35,959 nt of DNA from Octopus bimaculoides (lineage: Eukaryota), in the NCBI RefSeq assembly GCF_001194135.2, contig NC_068985.1:37536141-37572099 (forward strand). The letters are read 5' to 3'. Below the pieces are notes generated by a model. It was not told where the DNA came from. It ran no database searches and saw nothing but the letters and a program-made list of their open reading frames with translations. The first letter of the stretch is position 1. Each line of letters begins with the position of its first letter. Both the position numbers and the translations under genes were made by a program. Of this stretch, positions 11,731 through 22,966 are shown piece by piece.

Positions 11731-12621
11731 TATAGTGAAAGAATTAAAACAGGGCATTATCTAACGTGCACATGCAGGCATGTATGAATGTATGGATATA
11801 TATATGTGTGCATGTTTGTGTGCATGTATGTGTGTGCGTATATATATATATATATATATATTTTGAATACGTATTTATGTACATAGATTGCATGTATATA
11901 TGTCAAAAGATAAATACGAGTTACGTCACAAATCTCAGTTGACTGCGATTTGTGATGCAGTTCTGTTATCAAGTGTTAATACTTATCATTAGATTGGAAT
12001 GCTATTAAGATCAGAAATGCCAACCAACATTCAAAGGGCGAATTTCTTTTTATTCTTATCGTCAAAGCGCTCAGAGAAAATAGACTGAACATGTGTGTTT
12101 TTGTTAGCTCCCTTTATATTCAGCGTTCCAATCTTATCGGTGAGAGGTACGAAAGTTGATTCAGCAAACTATGCTTTTTTTCCCATACAAATGTATCGCC
12201 TCATGTCAAAGTTATGAATTAACAATATATTTTGTTATCGCTTTAACCACCCTTTCATCCTATGTTCTTTTTATTTTGCTTCTTTTACTGGTTTCATTTA
12301 CTGACATGCAGTCATTCTGCAGCACCACTTTCCTCTTGGGTAGAGCGACTCCCAAGACTCCAGTAATTATTCCATCGTTAATGCAAGAAACGAAATACTG
12401 TTTTTTTTTTTGTGTTGAGTGTGTGTGTGTGTGAAAGTGGACATAGCTTTGTCAGGTAGGAATATCGTATGGTACATTACTTTCGAAGTACGGCTTCTCA
12501 AACCACTGTAATATAAATAAATGCACACACACACACACGCGCGCACCCCGCCCATACATCACGAAGGGAATTCGTACAATTTCCACCTAGCAAATTAAAA
12601 ATTTCGATTAGATAGTTTTGT

Positions 12622-12690
12622 TTGCCCTGAGGCTATGGTTAAGTAACACCTGCTCGAATTACTGCACAGTGAGATCTGGATTGATTCCTA
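12622..12690 (-). mobile_element. Degenerate fragment of a CORE-like SINE (family D)
   Basis: The reverse complement ...CACTGTGCAGTAATTCGAGCAGGTGTTACTTAACCATAGCCTCAGGGC resembles the continuation of the head seen at 31731-31808 and CORE-type sequence. Confidence 0.4.
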
Positions 12691-13980
12691 TTTCAAGAAT
12701 GCCTCCTTACTTGAATACAGTAATCTCTTATATTACCAAAATTTATTCTGTTTGGTTTTATGAAGTATAATGTTGAGGGTTCATTAATATCAGAACCTAC
12801 AGATTACAGGGCATACAGCTGGAAGTTTTCTGTTTTATTATTATTATTTGTGACCAGAGTTATAGCCTCCCAGTTACTCTAGACAACATGTGAAGGATAA
12901 AACTTTCAACTCTAAGTTCAGTCTCGCTAATGAGGAAAAATCTATCTCAGATTTGTGTCCTATCCAGGAAGAGATTTATCTCGCATCTAATATATATGCA
13001 GTGGCCCTATGTATGCTTGTGGTTTTGTAAAGTATTAGCGTTCACAATTTTTATAAACTGTTATATTGGAAATAATAACCTTACCAATATGTGGCTTATT
13101 GAACTTATGATAATAATCTACAGTTCACTGAAATAAAGCTATGCCGAAGAATGGATTGCTATTGGCTAATCCCACCTTCGTGTAGTCTTGAGTAATGTGC
13201 TAGAAGATACGTTTTTACATGACCTGCTTTGAAAGCAACAAATATCTTTCCCCGAGATTATGTTCAGTAACGATCCATTCAACCGATAATAGGCTGGTCT
13301 AAGGTAATACGAAAATCTATATCTCCCTAATCCTTAACCAAGTGATAAGGATGAGGCTCTGCTGTGGAGATAGTGAAGATAATATTCTGCAACAGGAAAG
13401 CTTATGTGGGTGCGTTTTTACACGCCTCGATTATTACTTTAACCAGTGAACCAGGAAATTTTAAAGCTAAATTTAGATTCACCTGCTAAAGTAGAAAAAT
13501 GCTAGCAACTGATATAGTGATGTGTTGTAGTTATTGTTGTAGCATCAGTCAACCGTGATCAATTAAATATAAGATCAAATGATCAAAATACATTTCATTC
13601 GTGAGTTTCCCATCCATTATTCAGATATAACATAACCAAGATCGCATTATCTAATGTGCCCTTTCTGATATTAAGTACGAGAGGGCTGATTTCAGAAGAC
13701 ATCTTTCAGATATCTCTAACGGGATGAGTAACCCCATCGCGGCTCCTTCATTGTAATAACATAGATCTCGTGACTTATTACAATCATGCAGAAGGTCTAG
13801 CTCTTTGAGAACGATGAAGAAATGCGCAGAAGACTTTCCAGTTCATATCTAATTTGGATTATAAGGTAGTGAATTTACAGTGTTGTAGAATGTCAATCAG
13901 AATGCTTTGCGGCTGTCTCTCTCTCTATGTTTCTCTCTCTTTCTCTCTCATCTGCCTACCACACCCTCTCTCTATCTATC

Positions 13981-14083
13981 TCTCTGCTCTCCTCTCTCTG
14001 CTCTCCTCTCTCTGCTCTCCTCTCTCTCTGTTCTCCTCTCTCTCTGCTCTGCTCTCCTCTCTGTCTGCTCTCCTCTCTCTCTC
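13981..14083. repeat. 14-bp pyrimidine minisatellite (TCTCTGCTCTCCTC)n, ~7 units
   Basis: Read directly. The first three units are perfect and later ones degenerate. Confidence 0.9.
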
Positions 14084-14284
14084 TTTCGTTCTCTCGGAAT
14101 CTGTTTTATGAAGGGGCCGAGAAAAATGCATTCACATCGTGACCGCTGGACATAAGGCAGAAAAATGCATTCATATCGCTGGACATAAGACAAAAAGTTC
14201 ATATTTAGTCCATCGTGGTTGGATGAATAGTAATAATTACCTTGATGGAATCAGAGGCAAAAATTAAATTGCATATAGACTGTT

Positions 14285-14452
14285 TTAGCTGAAGAATGGA
14301 CAAGAAAAATCCTTTGGAAACAATTCAAACTTTGTACGAGCCTGTACTTCGAAGAATTCAAGCTGTAATTACTGCGAAAGGCGGTCCTCACCCATATTAA
14401 AATAAATTTGTTTGAAATTTTGAGGTGTTTCCGTTATTTTTTCCAACCCCTG
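14285..14452 (+). mobile_element. Tc1/mariner transposon 3' remnant (transposase C-terminus plus right TIR)
   Basis: LAEEW / PLETIQTLYEPVLRRIQAVITAKGGPHPY* (stop at 14400) matches the Tc1 transposase C-terminal motif (W..IP...I..L..S...RI.AVI.AKGG.T.Y). Right TIR GGTGTTTCCGTTATTTTTTCCAACCCCTG at 14424-14452 is followed by TA. Confidence 0.88.
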
Positions 14453-14476
14453 TATATATGTATCTACCTATATATA

Positions 14477-14491
14477 TAGATAGATAGATAC

Positions 14492-14585
<94 letters not shown>
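14477..14585. repeat. (TAGA)n/(CAGA)n compound microsatellite
   Basis: Read directly. Confidence 0.95.
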
Positions 14586-15588
14586 GAGGGACTAAAATCA
14601 AAATTAATCAAAGGACATACTATGTATGTCTGCCTGCTGGAGATATATGCATACGCACATACATACAAACATATANNNNNNNNNNNNNNNNNNNNNNNNN
14701 NNNNNNNNNNNNNNNNNNNNNNNNNNNNNNNNNNNNNNNNNNNNNNNNNNNNNNNNNNNNNNNNNNNNNNNNNNNNNNNNNNNNNNNNNNNNNNNNNNNN
14801 NNNNNNNNNNNNNNNNATATATATACATACATATAGATATGTGTGTGTGAGAGAGAGAAAGCTAGAAAGATAGGAAGAGAGAGAGATGTGGTTGTTATAA
14901 AATAAGCTATAGCTACTGTATGATAGTTACACTTTGGGAGATTGAAGCATTAAATGTAGATGAAACAGCTACATTATGTAGGAATCAGTGAGGGAGCCTT
15001 AGTGTGGGCATATGGTCATTCAACTTGTTAGAACTGGCAATAAAAATTCCCCACCAGTTTCTTCTCGCTCTTTCTCTCTCTCTTTCTCTATCGCTTTTTG
15101 TTACATACACAGGCTAAAAAAATAATACCCAGTTGTTTTAAAATAAATCTGACACACCACTGCAATTCGGAGTATGCAGTATCAGGCTTAGCATATCTGA
15201 AACAATCTTCGGGTGGCATGTAGTATTTCGATCCACTACCTGTGCTCTGTAGATCTGCTAGTCCATATATAAACCGGGGGTTACTCAGTCAGGACATATA
15301 AGATAATGCAGGGCTCTGTATTCTATGTAACCATGAACGAAATAATTGACACATGACAGGAATGTCTTTGATCATAGATTTGCTCGATCCGAACTGACCT
15401 AGGGTTAAACAGCCACACCCATGGCCTCACATTCCATGCTTACATCATTATTATTCGCTAAACGTCATTAACAAAAGTCTGGGGTTTCGTTGAAGTTAAT
15501 TTCTTGCCTACAGTGAAGAAGTCATATTACATTTATTTATCTTCCAAGTACTGACCTTCATGTCAATAGTTTTAAAATAAATATTCAG

Positions 15589-15619
<31 letters not shown>

Positions 15620-15810
15620 TGTATGTGTGTATGTATTTGTATATGTACATATATGTGTGTATACAAACAAACCTATATATATATATATATNNNNNNNNNN
15701 NNNNNNNNNNNNNNNNNNNNNNNNNNNNNNNNNNNNNNNNNNNNNNNNNNNNNNNNNNNNNNNNNNNNNNNNNNNNNNNNNNNNCACACACACACACATA
15801 TATGAATAAT

Positions 15811-16030
15811 GCGGCCAACTGGCAGAATCGTTAGCACGCCGGGCGAAATGCTTAGCGGTATTTCGTCTGCCGTTACGTTCTGAGTTCAAATTCCGCCGAG
15901 GACGACTTTGCCTTTCATCCTTTCGGGGTCGATTAAATAAGTACCAGTTACGCATTGGGGTCGATGTAATCGACTTAATCCCTTTGTCTGTCCATGTATT
16001 TCCCCTGTATGTTTAGCTCCTTATGGGTAC
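15811..16030 (+). mobile_element. Family-A SINE, tail-A type
   Basis: Full head, B-box GAGTTCAAATTCC, core, and tail AATCCCTTTGTCTGTCC...ATGTTTAGCTCC. Confidence 0.93.
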
Positions 16031-16089
<59 letters not shown>

Positions 16090-16452
16090 CGACAGACATA
16101 TATATATAGTTCTATATGTCGGTATTTAATTAATTGTTTATTTTATTTTATGGATCATATCGTAGCTAAAAAACAGATGGCTCTCATTAGATAACAAATT
16201 CTTTAAATATAAACATACAAACGCTAAAACAGTAATAGTAGTCGGAACGTAGAACAGTCGAAATCGTTATGATATTGAAGAAAATGTAGGCGCCCCCTTC
16301 ACGTGGGTGCACTTCATGTATTTATGCAGAATTTGTTTAGGTGGTTTTCCTTTGGTGATGTTCCATGACATTACATCGCTTTCTTTTTAGGTTTTAATCT
16401 ATTTTTCCGTTTTATTTTGTCATTGTAATATAACTTAACCGTAACCCTAACC

Positions 16453-16755
16453 CACATGGCCTAGTGGTTAGAGCAGTGGACTCGTGGTCGAGGGATTGCT
16501 GGTTCGAATCTCAGACCGGACGATGTGTGTGGTTATGAACAAAACACCTATGCTCCACGCGGCTCCAGCAGAAGGTAATAGCGAACTTCTGTTGACTCTT
16601 CCGCTACAACTTTCGCTCACTTTCTCCTCCAGCATCTAGCAGCACACCTGTGACGGACCGGCGTCCCGTCTAGGTGGGGAACCTATACACCAATGAAACT
16701 GGAAAACCGGCCCTTGTGAGCCAAGCATGGCTCGAGACGGAACAAACAACAACAA
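16453..16755 (+). mobile_element. Arg-tRNA-like SINE with family-B body and family-C 3' tail, ending in (AAC)n
   Basis: A-box TGGCCTAGTGG and B-box GGTTCGAATCTC. The body aligns to 8640-8750 and the tail GTGACGGACCGGCGTCCCGTCTAGG...GGCTCGAGACGG aligns to the reverse complement of 30893-30987. Confidence 0.85.
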
Positions 16756-17084
16756 TATAACAATATATATTGCATTTAACAACAATATAACTTAAATGCA
16801 ATATAGCTTAAGTGCAATGAAACTTAAATTCAAGAATTTGAAAACAGTCTAACAATCTTAGGTCGGCGGGGGTAGTTACCGTTTGTATTAAATACATTGC
16901 AGCCAAGAGTTTTGTGACACCAAGTTTCTAAGTTCAAACCCATTTCTTTGGTGTGCGCGTTGAATCGCTGAAGCGAAGGACGAAACACATTTCGACACCT
17001 CACCGATGTCAAATTTGTCACGTATCCTTCTGAGGTCAACAAAATCATACCAGTCAAATATTATATACCTAGGCCTATTCTCCA

Positions 17085-17961
17085 TTTTTTTTTAGTGGGG
17101 GGTAATCACAACAAGTCACATAGCAGGTAGTCCATTCATTTCCTAGCTCAAACAGGTGAGACCTATCCTACGCTCGGGTTAAGGCATAAAATGCAACCCT
17201 CAATATCAGCAGCGGGGCCCGACAGCATATGCTGGTTTGCCCCTGCCACATCATGCTGGTTCCGTACCCCTTTGAGCAACATCAAATTCACTCATCCGTC
17301 CACAAGCACTCTCCAAGCTTTCCTATAATTTATGAACTCTCTTGTTTCTCTCATTCCAACACCTCTAACCACCAAAGCTTTTCGCAATCCATCCATCCAC
17401 ATAAACCGAAATCTGCCTTTGGTTCTTTCTTCATCCCTCTCCTTACATCCCCTCCTCATCCATCCTCTCTATGTGGCCAAACCACCTCAACATTCATCTA
17501 TCCATTTTGGTCGTTAGTTTTTCTCGTATTCCTGCTCGCCTTAGCACCTCCTCATTCCTCATCCTGTCCATCCGTGTCACACTAACCATAACTCTCAGAC
17601 ATCTCATCTCAAACACATCTAGTCGTCTCCTTTCCGACTCCATCAGCTCCTAATGTCGGCACAATCACGCCCTCATATACACCTCTTTTCACTTTCATAT
17701 TCAACCTTTTATCTCTCAGCATACCTTTCACAACTCCCGTCCCTAACTCTGTATTCCACTTCCTCAGCCAACACGCCATCCGCCGTCACATGTAATCCCA
17801 GACACTTAAAAACACTCACCTCCTCTAACATCTCACCATTTATACTCACACATCCATCCTACCAGCCTTTCCACCTTTCGAACATCTCATCACCTTACTC
17901 TTAGCTACATTTACTTTTAGTTTCCTCCTCTGATACACTCTTCCAAACTCTACCACAGTCA
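17085..17961 (-). pseudogene. 5'-truncated RTE-clade LINE (RT C-terminal region, 3' UTR, A9 tail)
   Basis: Minus-strand translation with stops and indels: VVEFGRVYQRRKLKVNVAKSKVMRCSK...NGEMLEEVSVFKCLG...YEGVIVPTL...ERRRLDVFEMRCLR...TRMDRMRNEEVLRRAGI...LRWFGHIERM...GRFRFMWMDGL...RKAWRVLVDG* (stop at 17292-17294). These are hallmark RTE motifs. Confidence 0.92.
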
Positions 17962-18287
17962 AATATTGGGTAGATACAAGGAACTGTTCGTTGCTTCTGT
18001 ATTTCTAGCTGTTTGCCTAAACAAGGAGTTAACCAAAAGCTGCTAGCATCGAAAAATGTACAAAATAGTTCATACTGGTTGGTGTAGATAATATTCCGGA
18101 TGATCGCTGTTAGAAAATCTTTGATCATAGGTCTGCACATTTAGATTTAGATTTAACCTGTGGTTAAACAACAATAACAACAATTTGTACAGAAGAACTG
18201 AGGAAAATATTGTGATATTTATACAAAAACATGTCTTAAGGGAGGTTGAAACTGATCAATGATTTCGCATGCAGAATAGTAAAACAA

Positions 18288-18518
18288 GGCAGCGAGCTGG
18301 CAGAAACGTTAGCACGCCGGGCGAAATGCTTAGCGGTATTTCGTCTGCCGTTACGTTCTGAGTTCAAATTCCGCCGAGGTCGACTTTGCCTTTCATCCTT
18401 TCGGGGTCGATAAATTAAGTACCAGTTACCCACTGGGGTCGATATAATCGACTTAATCCGTTTGTCTGTCCTTGTTTGTCCCCTCTGTGTGTAGCCCCTT
18501 GTGGGCAGTAAAGAAATA
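18288..18518 (+). mobile_element. Intact, young family-A SINE (tail A) with perfect 15-bp target-site duplication
   Basis: TSD AGAATAGTAAAACAA at 18273-18287 and 18519-18533. Complete head, B-box, core and tail. Confidence 0.97.
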
Positions 18519-18602
18519 AGAATAGTAAAACAATTAATAGATCTAATTATGTTACTACAGCGATAATTTGTTCAGTTATCACATTAATTTTATTCAGATT
18601 TA

Positions 18603-18800
18603 AGGTGGCGACCTGGTAGAATCGTTACCGCGTCGCACAAAAGTTTATTAGAGGCATTTCATCCTACTTTTAACGCTCCAAGTTCAAATTCCGCAAAGGT
18701 CGGCTTTGCTGTGCATTCTTTTGCGTTCGATAAAATAAGTATCAATTGTCACTGAGATCGATGTAATGGACTTATCCCTTCTTTCAAGATTGCTGAATTA
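18603..18800 (+). mobile_element. Old degenerate family-A SINE
   Basis: GGTGGCGACCTGGTAGAATCGTTA...AAGTTCAAATTCCGC...TTCGATAAAATAAGTATC. Confidence 0.8.
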
Positions 18801-21002
18801 CCTGTCAAAATAAGAAAGAATATATAAATTTGAAGGAGTTATGTTTTATATAGATTTGTGGGATTTTAAAATAAATTTAAAGCAATGAAAATAACTGAGA
18901 ATATGGAATAACGGAACAGAAGAATTAAAATATTTGATATCACTGTGCGTGTTTAGCTTCACTTGAGTTCCATTTTTCATCATAATTTCCATTTATATAC
19001 TCTAACAAGTTTAGTCGACTATTCCTACCTTCCAAATGTTTTTAATCTTGTTATTATTTTTGTAGAAAACATTCAAATATAACTGATGCAAGTTTTATCT
19101 CTGATGTTCATTAACTCTTTCAAATATCACACTCACACAAGTACACGAACACTCACACGCTTAAAATATAAAGGTCACTAAAACCTCCTTGTGTTTTTTT
19201 AAGTGCCAGTGCTTAGGTTATGTTATAATGTTAAAACTACACGGCATGATTGCTCGGTTAATCCCTTAATTCCTTGTACAGTTCTGCCATTGCCTTATTT
19301 CTCAATATTCTGGAACTCTCATTTAAAGAGCACCTGTGTCTTTCTATTTTCAAATTGTTTAAAAATCCTTTATTATAGACAATCTTTTGATTACATTATA
19401 CTGCATTATCTATGCCAACATCCTAGGAATAACATGTGACCAGTCGGTCCTTTTCTACATGGTTTTGTTGTTTAAGTCTCATTTTCTCCATTCATTTTCT
19501 TATTTCCTTCATGCGACTATACACCATTTCATTTGTATCTTCTTCCATTCGAAAGTCTCTCTAGTAATCTTACAGCTCATTGATATGTCGGTGTTAATCT
19601 TCCAATTTGATGATCCTATTTTTCTTCGATATGCTGTTCTTTGAAACCAACATTCCATATATGAGTCTGTTTATCTATCGGTCTATTGTCACATTCATAT
19701 ATTAAGCCGTCGATTTATTTGCATTCAGGTTGGTCCGGATATTGAATAGAGCAGCTAAAATAATGAAGTACCGCATAGTTGAACTGTTAGTCCCTTTCAA
19801 GTAATCGATTTGCGTCGGCAAATACCATTTAGTAGGCTTTGCAAATGTTAATGTTTGTACGATATAAAGAGACAAGAATACGGATGATTCTCGTAAAATA
19901 CTTCGTTTACAAGAGAAATATCTATAGTGCTACTTAGAAAATACGTAGGAAAATGTGTGAGATGAAATGAAAGAATGAGGAAGAGAGGGTAGCCAGGAAA
20001 CAGAGTTGTTCATAGGAAGTCAGTTGTTAGAGTAATGAGACAAAATTTGGTAAGCAAGAAAATACCGGGTTACACACAAACTAAAAATTATCACACGTAT
20101 TGCGGCGCTTCGCTGGTGACCTATCGTTGCATCAAGACGTTGGTATAGTTCATATGTTATTGCATGTCTATGATGGTTCGATATTTCTTTAATATGGCAG
20201 TCTAATAATCTGTCAGATCATTACCTGGTCATACTGTGGAGCCTTTATTTCCACGAAATTTGTTTCATTCTTATTCATTGTTACAATCTGGACATTAGTT
20301 GAAACATTAACCCGTTATAACATCATTGCCTCCATATAATAATTTTGGTATCTCAGTGTATTGCTCTTGTCTTCTAATTCCAGTTCCGATTCCAAACATG
20401 CTTGTATATTTGTTCCGATACTTTCCTTCTATATTGGTCTTTGATCCAGCGGGTCATTACTGTGTTGCTGATTCATTAGCAAACCAGTTTTATCGATCTG
20501 TTGTTTCATTGGTATGCTACTATATTGATTCCTCTTTTCCTTTGCAAGGTCTGTCCCTTAGAAGATCGGCATCATTTGATCATCTCTGTTAGTCTGCAAG
20601 TTCGTTGGTATATTGATCTATTGATTTAACTATTCATCAATACATCCTTTCCCCGAATGTAAGTTCTGCGTTAAGGTGATAAACCCATACACTTTAATAT
20701 CATTTATGTATGTCTTTCTGCTTATCAGTTTCCTTAGACGCTGGTTTGTTGATCCGTAAACTATTAACTCGTCAGTCTCTTTCCTTCCTACATTGCTCTG
20801 CTGGATCTATTTTCACATTTATTTTTCATTGATAAGTATCTTAATTTATTGCCTCTTATTAAATAACGGTATCATGTTGATGAGTAATCTGCAGTGCGTA
20901 TAATTATGCCCAGTATCCAAATACTCAGGGAAGGCTTACAGTTATTTTTAACGAAAATGCGCAAAATACCCGTTATGACACTTTGTTCAATACCATATAC
21001 CT

Positions 21003-21263
21003 AGGCGAGCTGGCAGAGACGTTAGCACGCCAGGCGATATGCTTAGCTGTATTTCGTCGGCAGTCACGTTCTGAGTTCAAATTCCGCCGAGGTCGACTTT
21101 GCCTTTCATCCTTTCGGGGTCGATTAATTAAGTACCAGTTACGCACTGAGGTTGATATAATCGACTTAATCCCTTTGTCTGTCCTTGTTTGTCTCCTCTA
21201 TGTTTAGCCCCTTGTAAGTAATAAAGAAATCAGAAACGTTAGCACGCCGAGCGAAATGCTTAT
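21003..21263 (+). mobile_element. Family-A SINE (tail A) followed immediately by a second head fragment
   Basis: Full copy at 21003-21230, then CAGAAACGTTAGCACGCCGAGCGAAATGCTTA at 21231-21263. Confidence 0.93.
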
Positions 21264-21270
21264 TAAATAC

Positions 21271-21660
21271 AGCAGTCTGGTAGAATCGTAAGCACAAGTG
21301 TAAAATGCTTAGCAGAATTTCGTCTGCCTTTAAGTTCTGAGATCAAATTCCACCGACGTCGACTTTGTGTTCCATCCTTTCTGCTTCGATAAAATTGTTC
21401 TGCTTGAGTACTGAAAGTCCATGTGATCGAATACATCCCTCCCACAAAATTTCAGGAGACGGTAGAATCGTTAGCATGCTGGACAAAATGCTAAGCAACA
21501 TTTCGTCCGTCTTTATGTTTTGAGTTCAAATGCCGCTGAGGTCGATTTGCCTTTCATTCTTTCGGGGTCGATGAAATAAGTACAAGTTACGTCTGGGAGT
21601 CAATGTAATAAACTAGCCTCTCTACCAAAATTTCAGGTCTGTTTCTATACTAGAAAGAAT
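21271..21660 (+). mobile_element. Two degenerate tandem family-A SINEs (tail B)
   Basis: Two heads (TAGAATCGTAAGCAC and TAGAATCGTTAGCAT), two B-boxes and two AAAATTTCAGG tails (~21271-21456 and ~21457-21660). Confidence 0.82.
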
Positions 21661-22389
21661 TACCATGGCATATATTTATGAATTATTTCAGAAATATGAA
21701 GATTTATACAGGCCAACCAATGTCAATAGACTGAAATTTCAATGAACAATACAAAACAGTATATAACAAATTACTTAACTCGATGATATATAATGGTGTT
21801 TTCTTTGGGGTTTAAAGACGAGGATGTTGTGTTTTTTTCTGTCATAGACTTCAAAGCTATAATCTATTTTAGGTTTAATACATGTATGTATAACTTGGAA
21901 TGAAAATATCTCAATTTGACTGCATGTTTCACACAATTTGGACAAGGTTTGTATATTTTGATAAGTATATTTTTAGCTTTTAAAATATTTGCTTTGCACA
22001 GAAAGTTTGTTTTTGACAGTTCGTTGATAGAAACGTTTTGTTTCTCTTGCTTGAATTCTAATTTTTGGTAAATCACTTTATGTCTTTAGTCTGTTTTCCC
22101 AATTTTGTTTTGTTTCTGGGATTCTATTTCATTGTTCTTGTCTTGTTTCTGTTGTTTAGACCCAGAAACAGCTCTAATGGAACATTACTAGTACCACCTC
22201 TGCATAACGTGGAGTACATTATTTAAGACATTAGCGTGTAACTTGAGGAACGTTTGGCTGTTATTCCTTGGTTGCCTAATAGCCACATAAAGACTCCTCG
22301 TGGAGTTGATAATTTACTTGTTTATATTTCTGCGTGATTTAAGTTGTTGCATCACACACACTCACACACACACATATATACATAATACA

Positions 22390-22469
22390 TACATGCATAC
22401 ATACATACGTACATACATACATACATACATACATACATACATACATACATACATACATACATACATACA
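22390..22469. repeat. (TACA)n microsatellite interrupted by a SINE (resumes at 22651)
   Basis: Read directly. Confidence 0.9.
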
Positions 22470-22470
22470 A

Positions 22471-22650
22471 GGCGGCGAGCTGGCAGAGATGTTAGCACGC
22501 CAGACGAAATGCTTAGCGGTATTTCGTCTGCCGCTACCTTCTGNNNNNNNNNNCAGTTATGCACTGGGGTCGATATAATCGACTTAATCCGTTTGTCTGT
22601 CCTTGTTTGTCCCCTCTGTATGTAGCCCTTTGTGGGAAGTAAAGAAATAA
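22471..22650 (+). mobile_element. Family-A SINE (tail A), centre collapsed at a 10-N gap
   Basis: Head and tail are nearly identical to 18288-18518; N at 22544-22553. Confidence 0.93.
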
Positions 22651-22688
22651 CATACATGCATACATACATACATACATATGTCTGTGTA

Positions 22689-22743
<55 letters not shown>

Positions 22744-22966
22744 GCGTGCGCTCGAGTGTGCTCTTGGTTGTCTGTCGAAAAAGGACTTTTAAGCATATTA
22801 CATTTCTTCTTTCTCAGAATATTTGAACATTTTCTCATTTTCACTCATCTTCTAAGTTTTGTTTCTTTCGTCTCGTGAAGTCTTGTCTTGAATACAGGCT
22901 TAACTGTCATCTATAGAGTTATACTTCTTATTAGACAGTTGGATAAGTACTTAATCTTTTGCCTAG

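Noticed and set aside
16436-16453. TAACCCTAACCC telomere-like motif
   Set aside because: Only two units, too short to call an interstitial telomeric repeat.
16830-17085. Protein-like minus-strand ORFs (75 aa and 65 aa)
   Set aside because: The plus strand resembles a very degenerate family-A SINE (AAGTTCAAACCC; ATCCTTCTGAGGTCAACAAAATCATACCAGTC), and the splice signals are weak.
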